Shown here: one piece after another, positions 30,189-41,191 of the stretch | Position numbering within the stretch: the stretch's first letter is position 1 | Layout: every line of letters starts with the position of its first letter | NCBI GenBank assembly: GCA_963662265.2 | Contig: CAXXHA010000011.1 | Coordinates: 32,001 to 96,000, forward strand | Source of the DNA: Spirochaetia bacterium | GTDB lineage: Bacteria; Spirochaetota; Spirochaetia; CADAEX01 | Length of the DNA stretch: 64,000 bases | Reading direction: 5' to 3' | Made by a program: the position numbers and the translations under genes | Notes under the pieces: model-generated | The model's database searches: none | What the model was told of the DNA's origin: nothing | Seen by the model: the letters and a program-made list of their open reading frames with translations, nothing else

Positions 30189-32445
30189 ATGGACAGATTA
30201 ACAGAATTATTTATAAGAGACAGCAAAAAGTACCTTGCCCAGGCTGTGAATTCACTTATAAATATTGAAAAAAAAGAAGATGTTGAAAGCAATATTGAAA
30301 CAGCATTCAGAGCTGTCCATTCAATCAAGACAGAATCATCCTATCTTCAGATGACTGAGACAAAAAACCTGTCACATGAAATAGAAAATACCCTGGAGTC
30401 ATTCAGAAACGGTGAGATAGTGCCTGATAAGGATTCCTGCGGAAGGATAATAAGCGAACTTGATAACCTGTCCATTGTTATCAGGAGGGAGCTTGAAATC
30501 CAGAATGAAAGAAAACCGGGAAATGAAGCAAAAACAGATGAAGCAGGTAATTCCTCAGAAATAAATAAAAAAACCTTATCAATAAATCCTGATACAGAAA
30601 TACCATCTGATTCAGAAGAAACAGAAAGCATACTGGATATAGAGAATGAAGAGGAATATTACATTCTTGAATATAATATCGAAGACGGGCCTGAGGAGGC
30701 AGTAAACACATCTGCTTCCTTACCTGATAAACCTGTTTCCGGAACAGGATTATCAGCTGAAAACACTGATAAAGGTGTTTTTTCCTTAAATGAAAAATCA
30801 TCAGATATGATACAGGAAAAAGAAGCAGCTCATGATGAGTTTTCTGTAATAAGCGGCAGCGTCTCTGCATCAGGCCTTGCAGACAGTTCTGCAAAAGTTC
30901 TTCCTGTTAAAAAAAGAGGGTATACCTGAAGAGATCAGGGAGGAAGTAAGGAAGGAATTTACAGAATTTGAACTTCAGCTCCTGTCTGAATCCATGAAAA
31001 GGGGAGAGAAGCTGTACAGGATTACATGTGAAATTTCTGATGATTCTGTAATGAAGTATCCCCGTCTTTATCTTGTGATAAACAATCTTGAACTCAAGAC
31101 AAATCTTATAAAATCAACACCGGCTGCTGATGAAATAGAGAATAATGAATATACATCAATCAAGCTGTATATAACAACCAAGCTGGGATACAAGGAAATA
31201 TTCAGCATAGTGGATGTTGATGAAATAGAAAATATACAGATAATAAACCTGCCGTACAGCTACTATTTTAAAAACAGCAGAACATACTGAGGCGGAAGAG
31301 GTTTCTTCAAAAGGCGAACTCGATTCAATACCTGTAAGAATCAACCGTCTTGACAGGCTGTTTGTTGCAGTGGAAGGGATGAAGCTTGATCTCGGCATTG
31401 AAATCAGGCGCCGCAGACAAGGAATTCAGGAAAAACTCTCTTAAAGAAAATCTCTGTTATTGAGAATAATGTCAAGAAACTTAGAATGATCAATTTTTCT
31501 GGAGAATTCCAGATGCTTCCGGGAATGATAAAGAAAATCGGGTATGATCTTGGAAAAGATGTTGATATTGTTTTCAATGACAATGATATTGAAATAGACA
31601 GAAGCCTTTTCGAGTATATCTATGATCCGCTTATTCATATACTGAAAAAACTCAGTCGACCACGGTATTGAAGATAAGGAAGCAAGGAAGGGGCGAACAA
31701 CAAGAGCAAAATCGGGACATATAATACTGCAGTACCTACAGAAAGGAAAAGAAGCTTGTTATTGAAATAAAGGATGACGGGCGGGGGCTAGATCTTAACA
31801 AGATATCTGAAGTGTCAGGTTATGATCTTTCTCAGCTGTCAGATAAAAAAACACTGCTTAAAGTACTTACAAAACCGGGCTTTTCAACCAGGATGAATGT
31901 CAGCAATCTCTCCGGCAGAGGTTTCGGGTCTGAACCTTGTATGGGAAAAAATAAAAAAAATTCAGGGTGCCGATATAATAATTTCCTCACGCACAGGTGC
32001 AGGACTCACAGTAAAAAATAATTCTCCCAGATACATTTATTGCTACAAAAGTTGTATTTACAAAATGCAGAAATGAGATTGTTGTAATAAATGATGAGGA
32101 TATCGACCGGATAGTGACTATAGACAGGGAAAAAATTTTCAACAGGCAAGGATGGGCCTTCTTTATTACAACAAGTATCCTGTTTACAATAAAGAGGGGC
32201 GTGTTTTATGCTAAAAACGGAAAACTCCCGGATGAATTCAATAAAAAACTGATGCACGGAATAATTATTCTCAACAGTGATAAATCCGGCTGCTTTATTG
32301 CTGACAGGATACTTTTTACCCAGATAATACCTGCAGACAGGTTTTTTTCTCCTTGAAAGGGGAAGTTCCTTATCTTTCATATCTCAAGATTGCAGGGATG
32401 GATAATGAACTATCATATTTGCATTCAGAAATACTAAGCTATTAA
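30189..32445 (+). CDS. CheA-like histidine kinase (Hpt, linker, P2, P3, HATPase, degenerate P5), multiply frameshifted
   Basis: Hpt FRAVHSIK; P3 IPVRINRLDRL; DPLIHILK/NSVDHGIE; IKDDGRG; PGFST..SGRGFG read across several frames. Confidence 0.8.
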
Positions 32446-32708
32446 AATTATCTGTTTGCGGCAATTATTTCTTCATTATTGCATGATTTTCCCCTTTTTA
32501 TGATTTTTAAAAATGGTATATAATTGGCAGAAATTGTAATATTAAAAATCTTTTCCATTTAAATATTTCTTTAATAAAACAAGAAACAATCTAAATACGC
32601 ATTGTAACCAGGTTTGGGAAACTGACACTCAACAAGCCTGAAAACATAAAAATGAAGTTTTTACAGTATGAGTATTGATTGTATTGAATAATCTGATTTG
32701 AACAGTCA

Positions 32709-32728
32709 GTTTTCAGATATCTGAAAAC
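32709..32728. promoter_or_regulatory. perfect 20-bp palindrome, candidate operator
   Basis: GTTTTCAGAT|ATCTGAAAAC, 17 bp before the SBP ATG. Confidence 0.45.
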
Positions 32729-32745
32729 AATGAGCCGGGATTGGG

Positions 32746-34120
32746 ATGAATACAGGATTAAACAGAAAATATACAGCAATTTCTGTTGCATTATTAATTT
32801 TTTTATTGATTACTCTTTTTTTTTGTGTTTTAAAAATACTGGTAAAGATGCTGAACAAAATAGTGATGATCTTATCACAATTCTATGGGCTGACTGGGCC
32901 CCTGCCGACTATCTGAAAAAACTGTCAGAAGATTTTACAGAAGAAACAGGAATTAAAGTTGTTATAGAAAAAGAATCATGGGGGACATGGCAGAAAATCT
33001 TTTTTGACGAGATGAAAGTCAAAGGGAAAAAGTATGACATGGTTGTCGGTGATTCACAATGGCTCGGTAGGGGGGTTATTGAGGGACATTATGTATCTCT
33101 TTCAAAATGGATAAGAAAAAACAATGTCGAAATGTCCATGACAGAAAACTCCATGAAAGGATATTCCGAATTTCCAAGGGGAAGCGGACAGTTCTGGGCA
33201 ATACCTCTGGAAGGTGATGCCATGGCATTTTCATACAGGAAAGACCTTTTTGAAAATCCTGAAGAGAAAAACAAGTTTAAGAAAAAATACGGATATGATC
33301 TGAAAAGTTCCTGAAAACTGGATTGAACTGAGAGATGCCGCTGAATTTTTTTACAGACCTGATAATGGTTTTTTACGGAATACTTGTATGGACAGAACCT
33401 GATTATGACGGTATAACAATGGGGATTGATGCTTTTATCTGGGGATGGGGTGCTGAAATTGGAAACATCAAGACTCATAAGGTTAAGGGATATTTGAATT
33501 CAGAAGAGGGTATAAATGCTCTTGAATTTTATAAGGAACTGAACAGTTTTAATAATCCGGAATGGAAATACAACTATCTTGATACACACATGAGTTTCCA
33601 ATAATCCGATGATAAACGGAGAAGTGGCAATTGCCATGTGTTATCTTGCTATTGCGCCGGAGCTGCTTAATCCGGAAAACAGCAGGTTTTTATGACAGTA
33701 TAGGTTTTTTTTCCAACTCCTGAAGGACCTTCTTCAAGAGCCACATCACTCGGCGGCCAGGGGATTTCTGTTATCAGTTATTCAAAAAAGAAGCATTTAA
33801 GTTTTAAATTTCTGGAATGGTTTATAAGGGATGATGTACAGGAGAAATGGAGTGAACTGGGGGGATTAAGCTGCAACCGAAATGTTCTTGAATCAGACAA
33901 ATTTCTTTCTGCATCTCCCATAAACAAACCTTACCGGGATTCTATTGAAATAGTCCGGGATTTCTGGGCTGTGCCTGAATATACTGAACTTCTTGCCGCA
34001 TCTCAGGAATGCTGGAGTCAGTATATTGATACAGATGAAATCAGCGCTGAAAAAGCGATGAATATGTTAGCTGAAAAATGGGAGGATATTTTTGATCAGG
34101 CCGGGTACTACAAAGAGTAA
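32746..34120 (+). CDS. sugar/polyol ABC-type solute-binding protein (frameshifted; no permease nearby)
   Basis: Signal-like N-terminus, ITILWADWAPADYL, YDMVVGDSQWLG, SYRKDLFE, SLGGQGISV, DFWAVPEY. Confidence 0.8.
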
Positions 34121-36619
34121 CAAAATAAGAAAAATATTTTTTTCCATAAGAGGGAAAATTCTCATCTTATGTATCTGCCTTGTATCAATTCCTGTATTTG
34201 TCCTCGGGATATTCAGTTATCAGGTATTCAAGAAACAGGCATATAATCAGACTATTGAAGAACTGAAAGATATAGCCGGCAACTGGGAAACAATAATATA
34301 TAAACAGATAGAAAACATCTCAATTGTGCTCTCGAGAGAGGAAATACTTGTTCAGCAGAGACTGAAGACTATTAATAATGCTGTCAAAATAATGATTGGG
34401 AATTATGCGGATACCCCTTCTGATACTATGGAAGTATTAAAGGGGCTTAACAATATCAGGATATCAAAAAACGGGTATATGACAATATTTGACAGGGACG
34501 GTTTTTTATACCTTACAAGGAGCGGTATAAATCCGGGAGGAAATATTTACAATAAAAAATCAGTACCAGACTGATTTTATTTCAAAAATTCTGCTTCAGG
34601 AAAACACTCTTATAAACGGGGATATAATAATATTAAAGCACCTGTGGCAGGAAGATGAGAGTGGTTAATCCGAGGAAAAGTTCTTTCGGCAGTTTCATTT
34701 TTACAAACCCCTGGGAATTGTTTATCTGTGTACATATCTATGAGTCTGATTATAAGAGTATTAAATATGAAGACAGGGTGAAGCGAGATCTCCGTTTTAT
34801 GATGGCGGATCAGGGAAATCGGGAAGAAGGGATATCTTTTTGCAATCAATACTGATGGAGAGTATGTGGTATCCAAGGATAACCTGAGGAGATGGAGAAA
34901 AATATTATTGATGATCTGACTTCAGACGGAAGAAAGATAATGCATGAAATTATTGATAAAAATATCGTGTCCGGGGGGGGGATATTTTTCTTGATTTTTA
35001 ATTTTACATGGTCAGATATAATAACAGGGAAATATTATAAGAGAATAGCGGTTACAAAATATATACCTGAATGGAACTGGATAATCGGCGCTTCAATGTT
35101 TCATGATGATTTTTTTAAATATTCTTACTGTTCTTAAAAAGTATATAGCATATCTGGTTGTGATTTTCTGTCGTAGCAGGTTCGTTTTTTGCAATATTAC
35201 TTTCAAATCTGCTTACTCTCCCCCATACTTAAACTTGATGAGGTTAATGAGAAAAGCTTCAATAGGTGATTTTGAAAACAGAAGTTGATGAAGTTATAGT
35301 GAGGTCTAATGATGAAATATCAAGTCTTGCAGATACTTTCAGCAGCATGATGAAAAAACTGAAGGAAAGAAGGGAGAGTCTGAATGAAGAGAAGGTTCTG
35401 CTTTCAACACTAATAGATTCATCTCCTGATCCTACTTATTTCCAGGATACAGAAGGATATTATCTTAACTGTAACAAATCATTTGAAAAGCTTATTTAAA
35501 ATAAAGAAAATGTATCTGCTGGGTAAAAAGGATTCATCTTTTCTGCCTCACAATGTCATAGAATCATTTATAAGCCTTAACAGGAAATCGCTTTCAGATG
35601 GCAAACTCGCTGTAAAGGAAATCTATATTGAGAACGGCAAAATTCTTGAAACAGTTACAAACCCCTTCTATGACAGGGAAGGTATGCTTCAGGGGGTAAT
35701 AGGTGTCAGCCGGGATATAACAGAAAGAGTTGAAATAGAGAAAGCTCTCAGGGAAAGTGAAAAAAAATTCAGGCAGATAATTGAAAATGCAAGTGATATT
35801 ATTTTCACAATGACGGTTGACGGTATAATTCTTGAAATGTCAAAAAGCTGGTCAAGTCATCTTGGTTATGATACAGATAAGATTAAAGGAAAAACATTTC
35901 AGAGGTTTTGTACACCATGATGATGCTGAAAAAGCGGAAGAAATATTAAAAGAATTCTATAAAAACAATAAGGCTACTCTTGACTACCGTGTTTATACAA
36001 AAAGCGGTTTAATGAAATGGCATACATGTAACGCCCACACTGATTAAGGACGGAAATGATAAACCGCTTTATATTATAGGGTGTTTCAAGAGATATAACA
36101 GAAATGAAAAAGCATTTTGAAAAAAATCCAGAGTGAAGCGGAACTTGACTCCCTTACTGGTATATATAACAGGAGAATGCTTGATAATTTCATTGAATCT
36201 GAAATAGCAAAAGCTAATCACTATAAGAGTAAATTTGGTTATCCTGATGATTGATCTCGATTATTTCAAGAGGGTCAATGATAATTACGGGCCATGATAA
36301 GGGGGACGAGGTCCTTAAAAACCAGCACATCTATATTCAAGGCAAATATCAGGCAGTCTGATATTATTGCCCGTTACGGAGGCGAGGAATTTGTTGATAA
36401 TTGCAAAGAATACAGATGTTGAAAGGGGAATAATCCTGGGTGATAAAAATCCGAAAGGCACTGGAGGAATATGATTTCTGCCTGTCTGATCCTGTTACTG
36501 CCAGTATCGGAGTCAGCCAGTATACAGAAAATGATTCCATTGAACTGCTTCTGAAGAAGGCTGATAATGCTCTTTACCGGGCCAAGAACAATGGAAGAAA
36601 CAGGACTGAAGCCAACTGA
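34092..36619 (+). CDS. Cache-HAMP-PAS-PAS-GGDEF diguanylate cyclase (multiply frameshifted)
   Basis: GGAGGA RBS plus TTG; TM; WNWIIGAS; SNDEISSLA HAMP; two PAS/PAC regions (SRDITER); DSLTGIYNRR, DLDYFKRVNDNYG, IRQSDIIARYGGEEF, ADNALYRAK. Confidence 0.82.
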
Positions 36620-36626
36620 CAGGGGT

Positions 36627-36779
36627 TAAATATATTTTTTTTATAAAAGATTCAGCATTGTACAGCGGGACAGGTCTTGAAAAAAGATATCCCCTGGAAA
36701 TAGTCCACATCCCCATTTTGCAAGATCTTCCTTCTGTCTGTTGTCCCTCAATACCTTCTGCTATGACTTTCAGCCCCAC
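36627..36779 (-). pseudogene. C-terminal remnant of an EAL phosphodiesterase
   Basis: GLKVIAEGIE...GYLFSRPVP. No upstream EAL sequence before the next gene; boundaries approximate. Confidence 0.7.
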
Positions 36780-36882
36780 AAAAAAAATTATAGTTCAGCC
36801 GAATGAGACTCGTCAAATTTCCGGATACTATTTGATTTTTAATTATGAAGTAATTATAAATTATCCTGAAAAAGCTTAATTA

Positions 36883-36911
36883 TTGTAAAATAAACATTTA
36901 CCCGATATAAT
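36883..36911 (+). promoter_or_regulatory. sigma70 promoter of the MoxR operon
   Basis: TTGTAA-N17-TATAAT, then AGGAG RBS. Confidence 0.65.
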
Positions 36912-36949
36912 TGTAAAAAAAATTAAAAATTGTTATCAGGAGTAAGTTA

Positions 36950-37739
36950 ATGAACCAGAAAAAATCCTTTTTTACTGTCGGTACAGTTATTGGAGAAACA
37001 ATCAATTTCTATACAGACAATTTTATGAAACTATGGATTCCTTATATAATTATCCAGGTTCCGTTTAGTTTTCTGACCAGCTATTTGACCCTCAATATGT
37101 ATGGCAGCCCATTTATATTTATTATTTCCCTGTTAAGCTCATTTGCAACAACTGTAATAGGTCTTTATGTAACTCTTGCCGCAATCAGGCTTTACAGGAA
37201 GAATGAGGCATCTTCCGGATATATTTTAAGCGATATGAAGAAAGTAATAATTTCATATATTCTCCTTCAGATACTGATTATCCTGGGAATTATAGGAGGC
37301 TGTATCCTTCTTATAGTCCCCGGTATTATATTTTCACTCAGGTGGTCTGTTTCAGGCATTTCACTGATAGATGAAAGTCCGGGAATCAGGGGATCTATGA
37401 AAAGAAGTAAAATCCTTACAAAAGGATTCAAGGGGCAGATTTTTGTGGTTTACCTGCTTCTCGTACTTATAGGCTTTGTTCTTCTTTCCGCTTTTTTCCC
37501 TCATGAGCAGCGGAGTTGCAGGGGGATTTTCCGGATTCCTGATGAATTTGTCCTACCAGGGTACAAATCCGTTTAAAATATCAAGTATTATTTATACAGT
37601 CATATCATCACTGATCTATCCCCTTTACCCGGCACTGACTGTGGTGATGTATTATAATCTGAAGAGGGAAAAAGAGGGGTATGAAACAGAAGAACTTGTA
37701 GACTCTTTTCTCGAAGAGGAAACTGGCCAGGAAAGCTGA
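36950..37739 (+). CDS. multi-pass membrane protein (GPDPase_memb/DUF7544-like), frameshift near 37497
   Basis: LLIVPGIIF..GSMKRSKILTKG and VMYYNLKREKEGYE motifs; about six TM segments. Confidence 0.75.
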
Positions 37740-37778
37740 CAGGATTTTAATAAGAGAAAGGAAGCAGGATCTGAATAT

Positions 37779-38555
37779 TTGAAATCAAAAAAACTTGTTA
37801 TTGAGACACCCGAAAAAATAATATTCACTTACAATATAGCTGAAATAGGAACCAGAATTGCCGCTTATCTCCTGGATATCCTGTTTCAGCTGATTTTTCT
37901 GATTATAATGTTTATGCTGTTCGGCCTCAGTTTAATATCTGCTGACGCATATGGATCTGATCATGGATATTATTACATGGCTGTGATCTATATTATTCTT
38001 TTCCTTTTTCAGTGGGGCTATTTTCTGTTCTTTGAAACTGTTTTCAACGGCAAAACCCCCGGGAAGAAAATCTGCAATATCAGGGTGATCCGTGATAATG
38101 GGGAAAGGCTTGATTTCCAGAGTCTTGTCATCAGGAATCTGCTGAGAGCAGCGGATTCGCTTCCTGTCCCTTTTTTTAATATTCTCGGGGGACTGGTCGC
38201 AGTAATCAGTAAGCAGAGTAAGCGTCTCGGAGATTATGCTGCCGGAACAATTGTTGTTACAGATTCGCTGTTTACCCTTGATGAGCCTTATTTTGAGACT
38301 CATATCAATTCTGATGAGAGAGCTTTTATTATAAATCCAACAGGAGAAAAACGGCTTAAGGAAAAAGATCTTTATATATTGAGAAAAATTATCAATGAAA
38401 AGGAACAGATGTCTGGTGAATCTGCAGAACGGACTGCTAAAAACATAGTTGATAAACTTGAAAAAATATATGATATATCCGGAATAAGGGATAAAAGTGA
38501 TTTTGAAATAATTGAACAGATATACAAGGCTCATACCTATGAAGACAAAAAGTGA
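37779..38555 (+). CDS. RDD family membrane protein
   Basis: IETPE, RIAAYLLD, GKTPGKK..IRV, IRNLLR..D, KRLGDYAAGTIVV. Confidence 0.9.
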   Translation: MKSKKLVIETPEKIIFTYNIAEIGTRIAAYLLDILFQLIFLIIMFMLFGLSLISADAYGSDHGYYYMAVIYIILFLFQWGYFLFFETVFNGKTPGKKICNIRVIRDNGERLDFQSLVIRNLLRAADSLPVPFFNILGGLVAVISKQSKRLGDYAAGTIVVTDSLFTLDEPYFETHINSDERAFIINPTGEKRLKEKDLYILRKIINEKEQMSGESAERTAKNIVDKLEKIYDISGIRDKSDFEIIEQIYKAHTYEDKK

Positions 38556-39516
38556 AAAATTTGTAGAGGAAAAAAAAGAGAGCTGGGAACAGCTGCTTCT
38601 CCTTGTGAGGAAAATAGAGAGCAAAGGGATAAAAAAACTCTCTCCCGATGAAGCTGAAATTTTTCCAAGGCTCTACAGAAAAACATGCCAGGACCTTGCG
38701 GAAGCAAGAATGCTTGAATTGAGCCCTGATGTGCTTGAATATCTCAATAACCTTACCGGCCAGGCGCATCACATACTCTATTTCATGAAGCCGCTTACAA
38801 GGGATGATATTTCCGTTTTTTTCAGGAAACGACTTCCTTTTTCCCTGATCAGGAATTTCAAATATATATTATTTGCCCTGATCCTTTTCTGGGGATCTGC
38901 AGCAGGCAGCTATTATACAGTGCTTAAATCACCTCAGTTTGCAGAAAGGTTTGTTTCCCCCTCAATCCTCGGTTATATTAGTGAAATGTACAGTGAGCCT
39001 GTTTCAGAAGGAAGGAGCGGAGGAGAAAAGGCACAGATGTCTGCATTCTACATACAGCACAATACATCTATTGCATTCCTGTGTTTCGCAACAGGAATAT
39101 TTCTCGGGATAGGGTCTGTGTATTTCCTGCTTTACAATGGCGTGTTTCTCGGTTCCATTGTGGCATACCTGACAGTTTCCGGGCTGGGGAGCAATATATG
39201 GGAATTTATAACGGCACACAGTTTTCTGGAGCTTAATGCTATTGCAGTTTCAGGAGCTGCAGGAATAAAACTGGGAATTGCTCTTCTTAAATCCTGGCAG
39301 AATTATTCACTCGATTTTCTCAACAGTACAAAGGGTGATATACTTGATCTTGTCGCCTCTTCAGCTATAATGCTTTTTTTTGCAGCACTTATTGAAGGTA
39401 ATATATCGCCTTCCACACTAGGATACAGGTATAAGGCCGCAGTTCTTGTAATTACCATTGCTGTATCTGTTTTCTATTTTTTCATATACCCGCTCAGCCG
39501 TAAGGAAAAGCTGTGA
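38539..39516 (+). CDS. SpoIIM (DUF95) family membrane protein
   Basis: FVEEKKESW..LYRKTCQDLA, YIQHNTSIAF, YNGVFLG, AHSFLEL, AALIEG. Confidence 0.88.
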   Translation: MKTKSEKFVEEKKESWEQLLLLVRKIESKGIKKLSPDEAEIFPRLYRKTCQDLAEARMLELSPDVLEYLNNLTGQAHHILYFMKPLTRDDISVFFRKRLPFSLIRNFKYILFALILFWGSAAGSYYTVLKSPQFAERFVSPSILGYISEMYSEPVSEGRSGGEKAQMSAFYIQHNTSIAFLCFATGIFLGIGSVYFLLYNGVFLGSIVAYLTVSGLGSNIWEFITAHSFLELNAIAVSGAAGIKLGIALLKSWQNYSLDFLNSTKGDILDLVASSAIMLFFAALIEGNISPSTLGYRYKAAVLVITIAVSVFYFFIYPLSRKEKL

Positions 39517-40142
39517 GAAAAATACTTATCATATTATATCTGATAAATATCTCGGCTGTTTTTCCTCAGCACAGCAGGGAAATAGTAGTGGAAAAACAGG
39601 CAACTGTTCTTTCTGAAATAGACAATGATAACCATGAGAACTGGGATCCGGGTCCTTTTTTTGAAAAAATTGAAAAAATTCTTCATGAAATGAACATTCT
39701 TTATAAAATACTTTTCCTGGTAATGGCAGCTGTAATTTTACTTTTCACCTTTTACAAGCTTCAGGGATTATACCTTGGAAGCAGGTATAATGCTGGATCA
39801 TATAAATATGGTAAAACAGGAAGATTGAACAGTAATGAGAATAGCCCAGGTAATAACTGTTTCTTTGAAAAAGCTCTCTTTTACAGGGACAGGGAAGATT
39901 ATTCAAATGCAATTATTCAGCTGCATATGGGATCCCTGGAATATCTTTACAGTAAGAAGCATCTTGAAGGTTTAAGAGATTACACTAACAGGGAAATTGT
40001 GAGGCTCCTTAGTAATACCGGGCTGTCAGTTGCATTCGGTAAAATTGCGGCAAAGGCTGAGCAGATTACTTTTAACGGTACAGAAGGGGAAGAGGGTGAT
40101 TTTGATAAGCTTCTTCAAATATACAGGAGCAATTTCTCATGA
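39513..40142 (+). CDS. DUF4129-like membrane protein
   Basis: Signal peptide plus TM; DYSNAIIQL..YTNREI..F..ITFNG; GTGA overlap. Confidence 0.7.
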   Translation: MRKILIILYLINISAVFPQHSREIVVEKQATVLSEIDNDNHENWDPGPFFEKIEKILHEMNILYKILFLVMAAVILLFTFYKLQGLYLGSRYNAGSYKYGKTGRLNSNENSPGNNCFFEKALFYRDREDYSNAIIQLHMGSLEYLYSKKHLEGLRDYTNREIVRLLSNTGLSVAFGKIAAKAEQITFNGTEGEEGDFDKLLQIYRSNFS

Positions 40143-41191
40143 CGGCAGGAAAATACTCACCAGCACTGATTCTTTCCATAGCAGGAATAGTCCTTGTAAT
40201 TCTTTTCATGGCAGTCGCGGCTAGCGGTTTCAGCGGTTTCCTCCCAGGCAGTTTTTATTACAAGAACAAAAATGAAAACGGGTTTTATGTTTTCTACAGA
40301 ATTCTTGAGGAACTTGACTACAGGGTTGTTTTTGAAAACCGGTATAAAATCCTGTCCCTGAAAAACGGGACTGTGGTCTATGTGGATATTAATCAAATCG
40401 AGGAAAGCTTCAGGGAAGGGATGCTTGACTGGACAGGGAAGGGAAACAGCCTTGTTCTTTTTGACAGCAGTATTGATGTTTTTTTTGATGAAGAGGCTGT
40501 CAGGTACACGGGAAATATCAGCGGAAATTCGGAAGAGGGGAGCCTTATACAATCAGACCGGGTTTTTAATTCAGATTTTCTTTCAAAACTGAAAAATATC
40601 GATATTGTATTTGAAAACTCTGAAGGGGCTGTGATTGTCCGTACAGAATATGGAAAGGGAACAATACTCCTTGTTTCAGACAGAAATATTTTCAATAACT
40701 TAAGTCTGAGGAAAAGTGAGAATGCAGTACTTCTTGACAGGATATTCTATGAGTTCAGAAACACCCCCCTTTATCTGAGAGAAAAAGGTTCTGAAGTGAT
40801 TTTTGATGCCACTCTTGTCAAGGGTCTTCTCAGGGGAAGGCTTTCCTTATTCACAGTTCATCTGGCAGCAGTTTTTATAATATTCCTTGTCATAAGCGGA
40901 AAGCGGTTTTCAAAACCGCAGAACCTTTCTGCAAGTAAAATCAGGAAAATCAGCGAACATATAAATGCTGTCGGAGTTTTCTACCATAAAGCAGGGGCAT
41001 ATGAAATTATTGAACGGACAGATACAGAATATTTTAAGTGGGTAATATGCAGAAACAGAAAACCGTCAGTTCTGAGCCGGGAAGAATATGAGATAAACAA
41101 AGAGAAAATAGATGGGCTGACTGAGGATGAAACAGCTGAAAGATTTCAAGAAAGAAATAAATGCATAAAAAAAATACGGAGTAAAATATGA
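40139..41191 (+). CDS. DUF4350-like membrane protein
   Basis: N-terminal TM, LDWTGKGN, YGKGTILL..FNN..L..NA, TM then KRF..EHINAVG.FY. Confidence 0.72.
   Translation: MTAGKYSPALILSIAGIVLVILFMAVAASGFSGFLPGSFYYKNKNENGFYVFYRILEELDYRVVFENRYKILSLKNGTVVYVDINQIEESFREGMLDWTGKGNSLVLFDSSIDVFFDEEAVRYTGNISGNSEEGSLIQSDRVFNSDFLSKLKNIDIVFENSEGAVIVRTEYGKGTILLVSDRNIFNNLSLRKSENAVLLDRIFYEFRNTPLYLREKGSEVIFDATLVKGLLRGRLSLFTVHLAAVFIIFLVISGKRFSKPQNLSASKIRKISEHINAVGVFYHKAGAYEIIERTDTEYFKWVICRNRKPSVLSREEYEINKEKIDGLTEDETAERFQERNKCIKKIRSKI

Noticed and set aside
36886-36908. CCCGATAT as a sigma28 -10 box for the MoxR operon
   Set aside because: No TAAA at the right spacing; the overlapping TTGTAA-N17-TATAAT sigma70 match is better.
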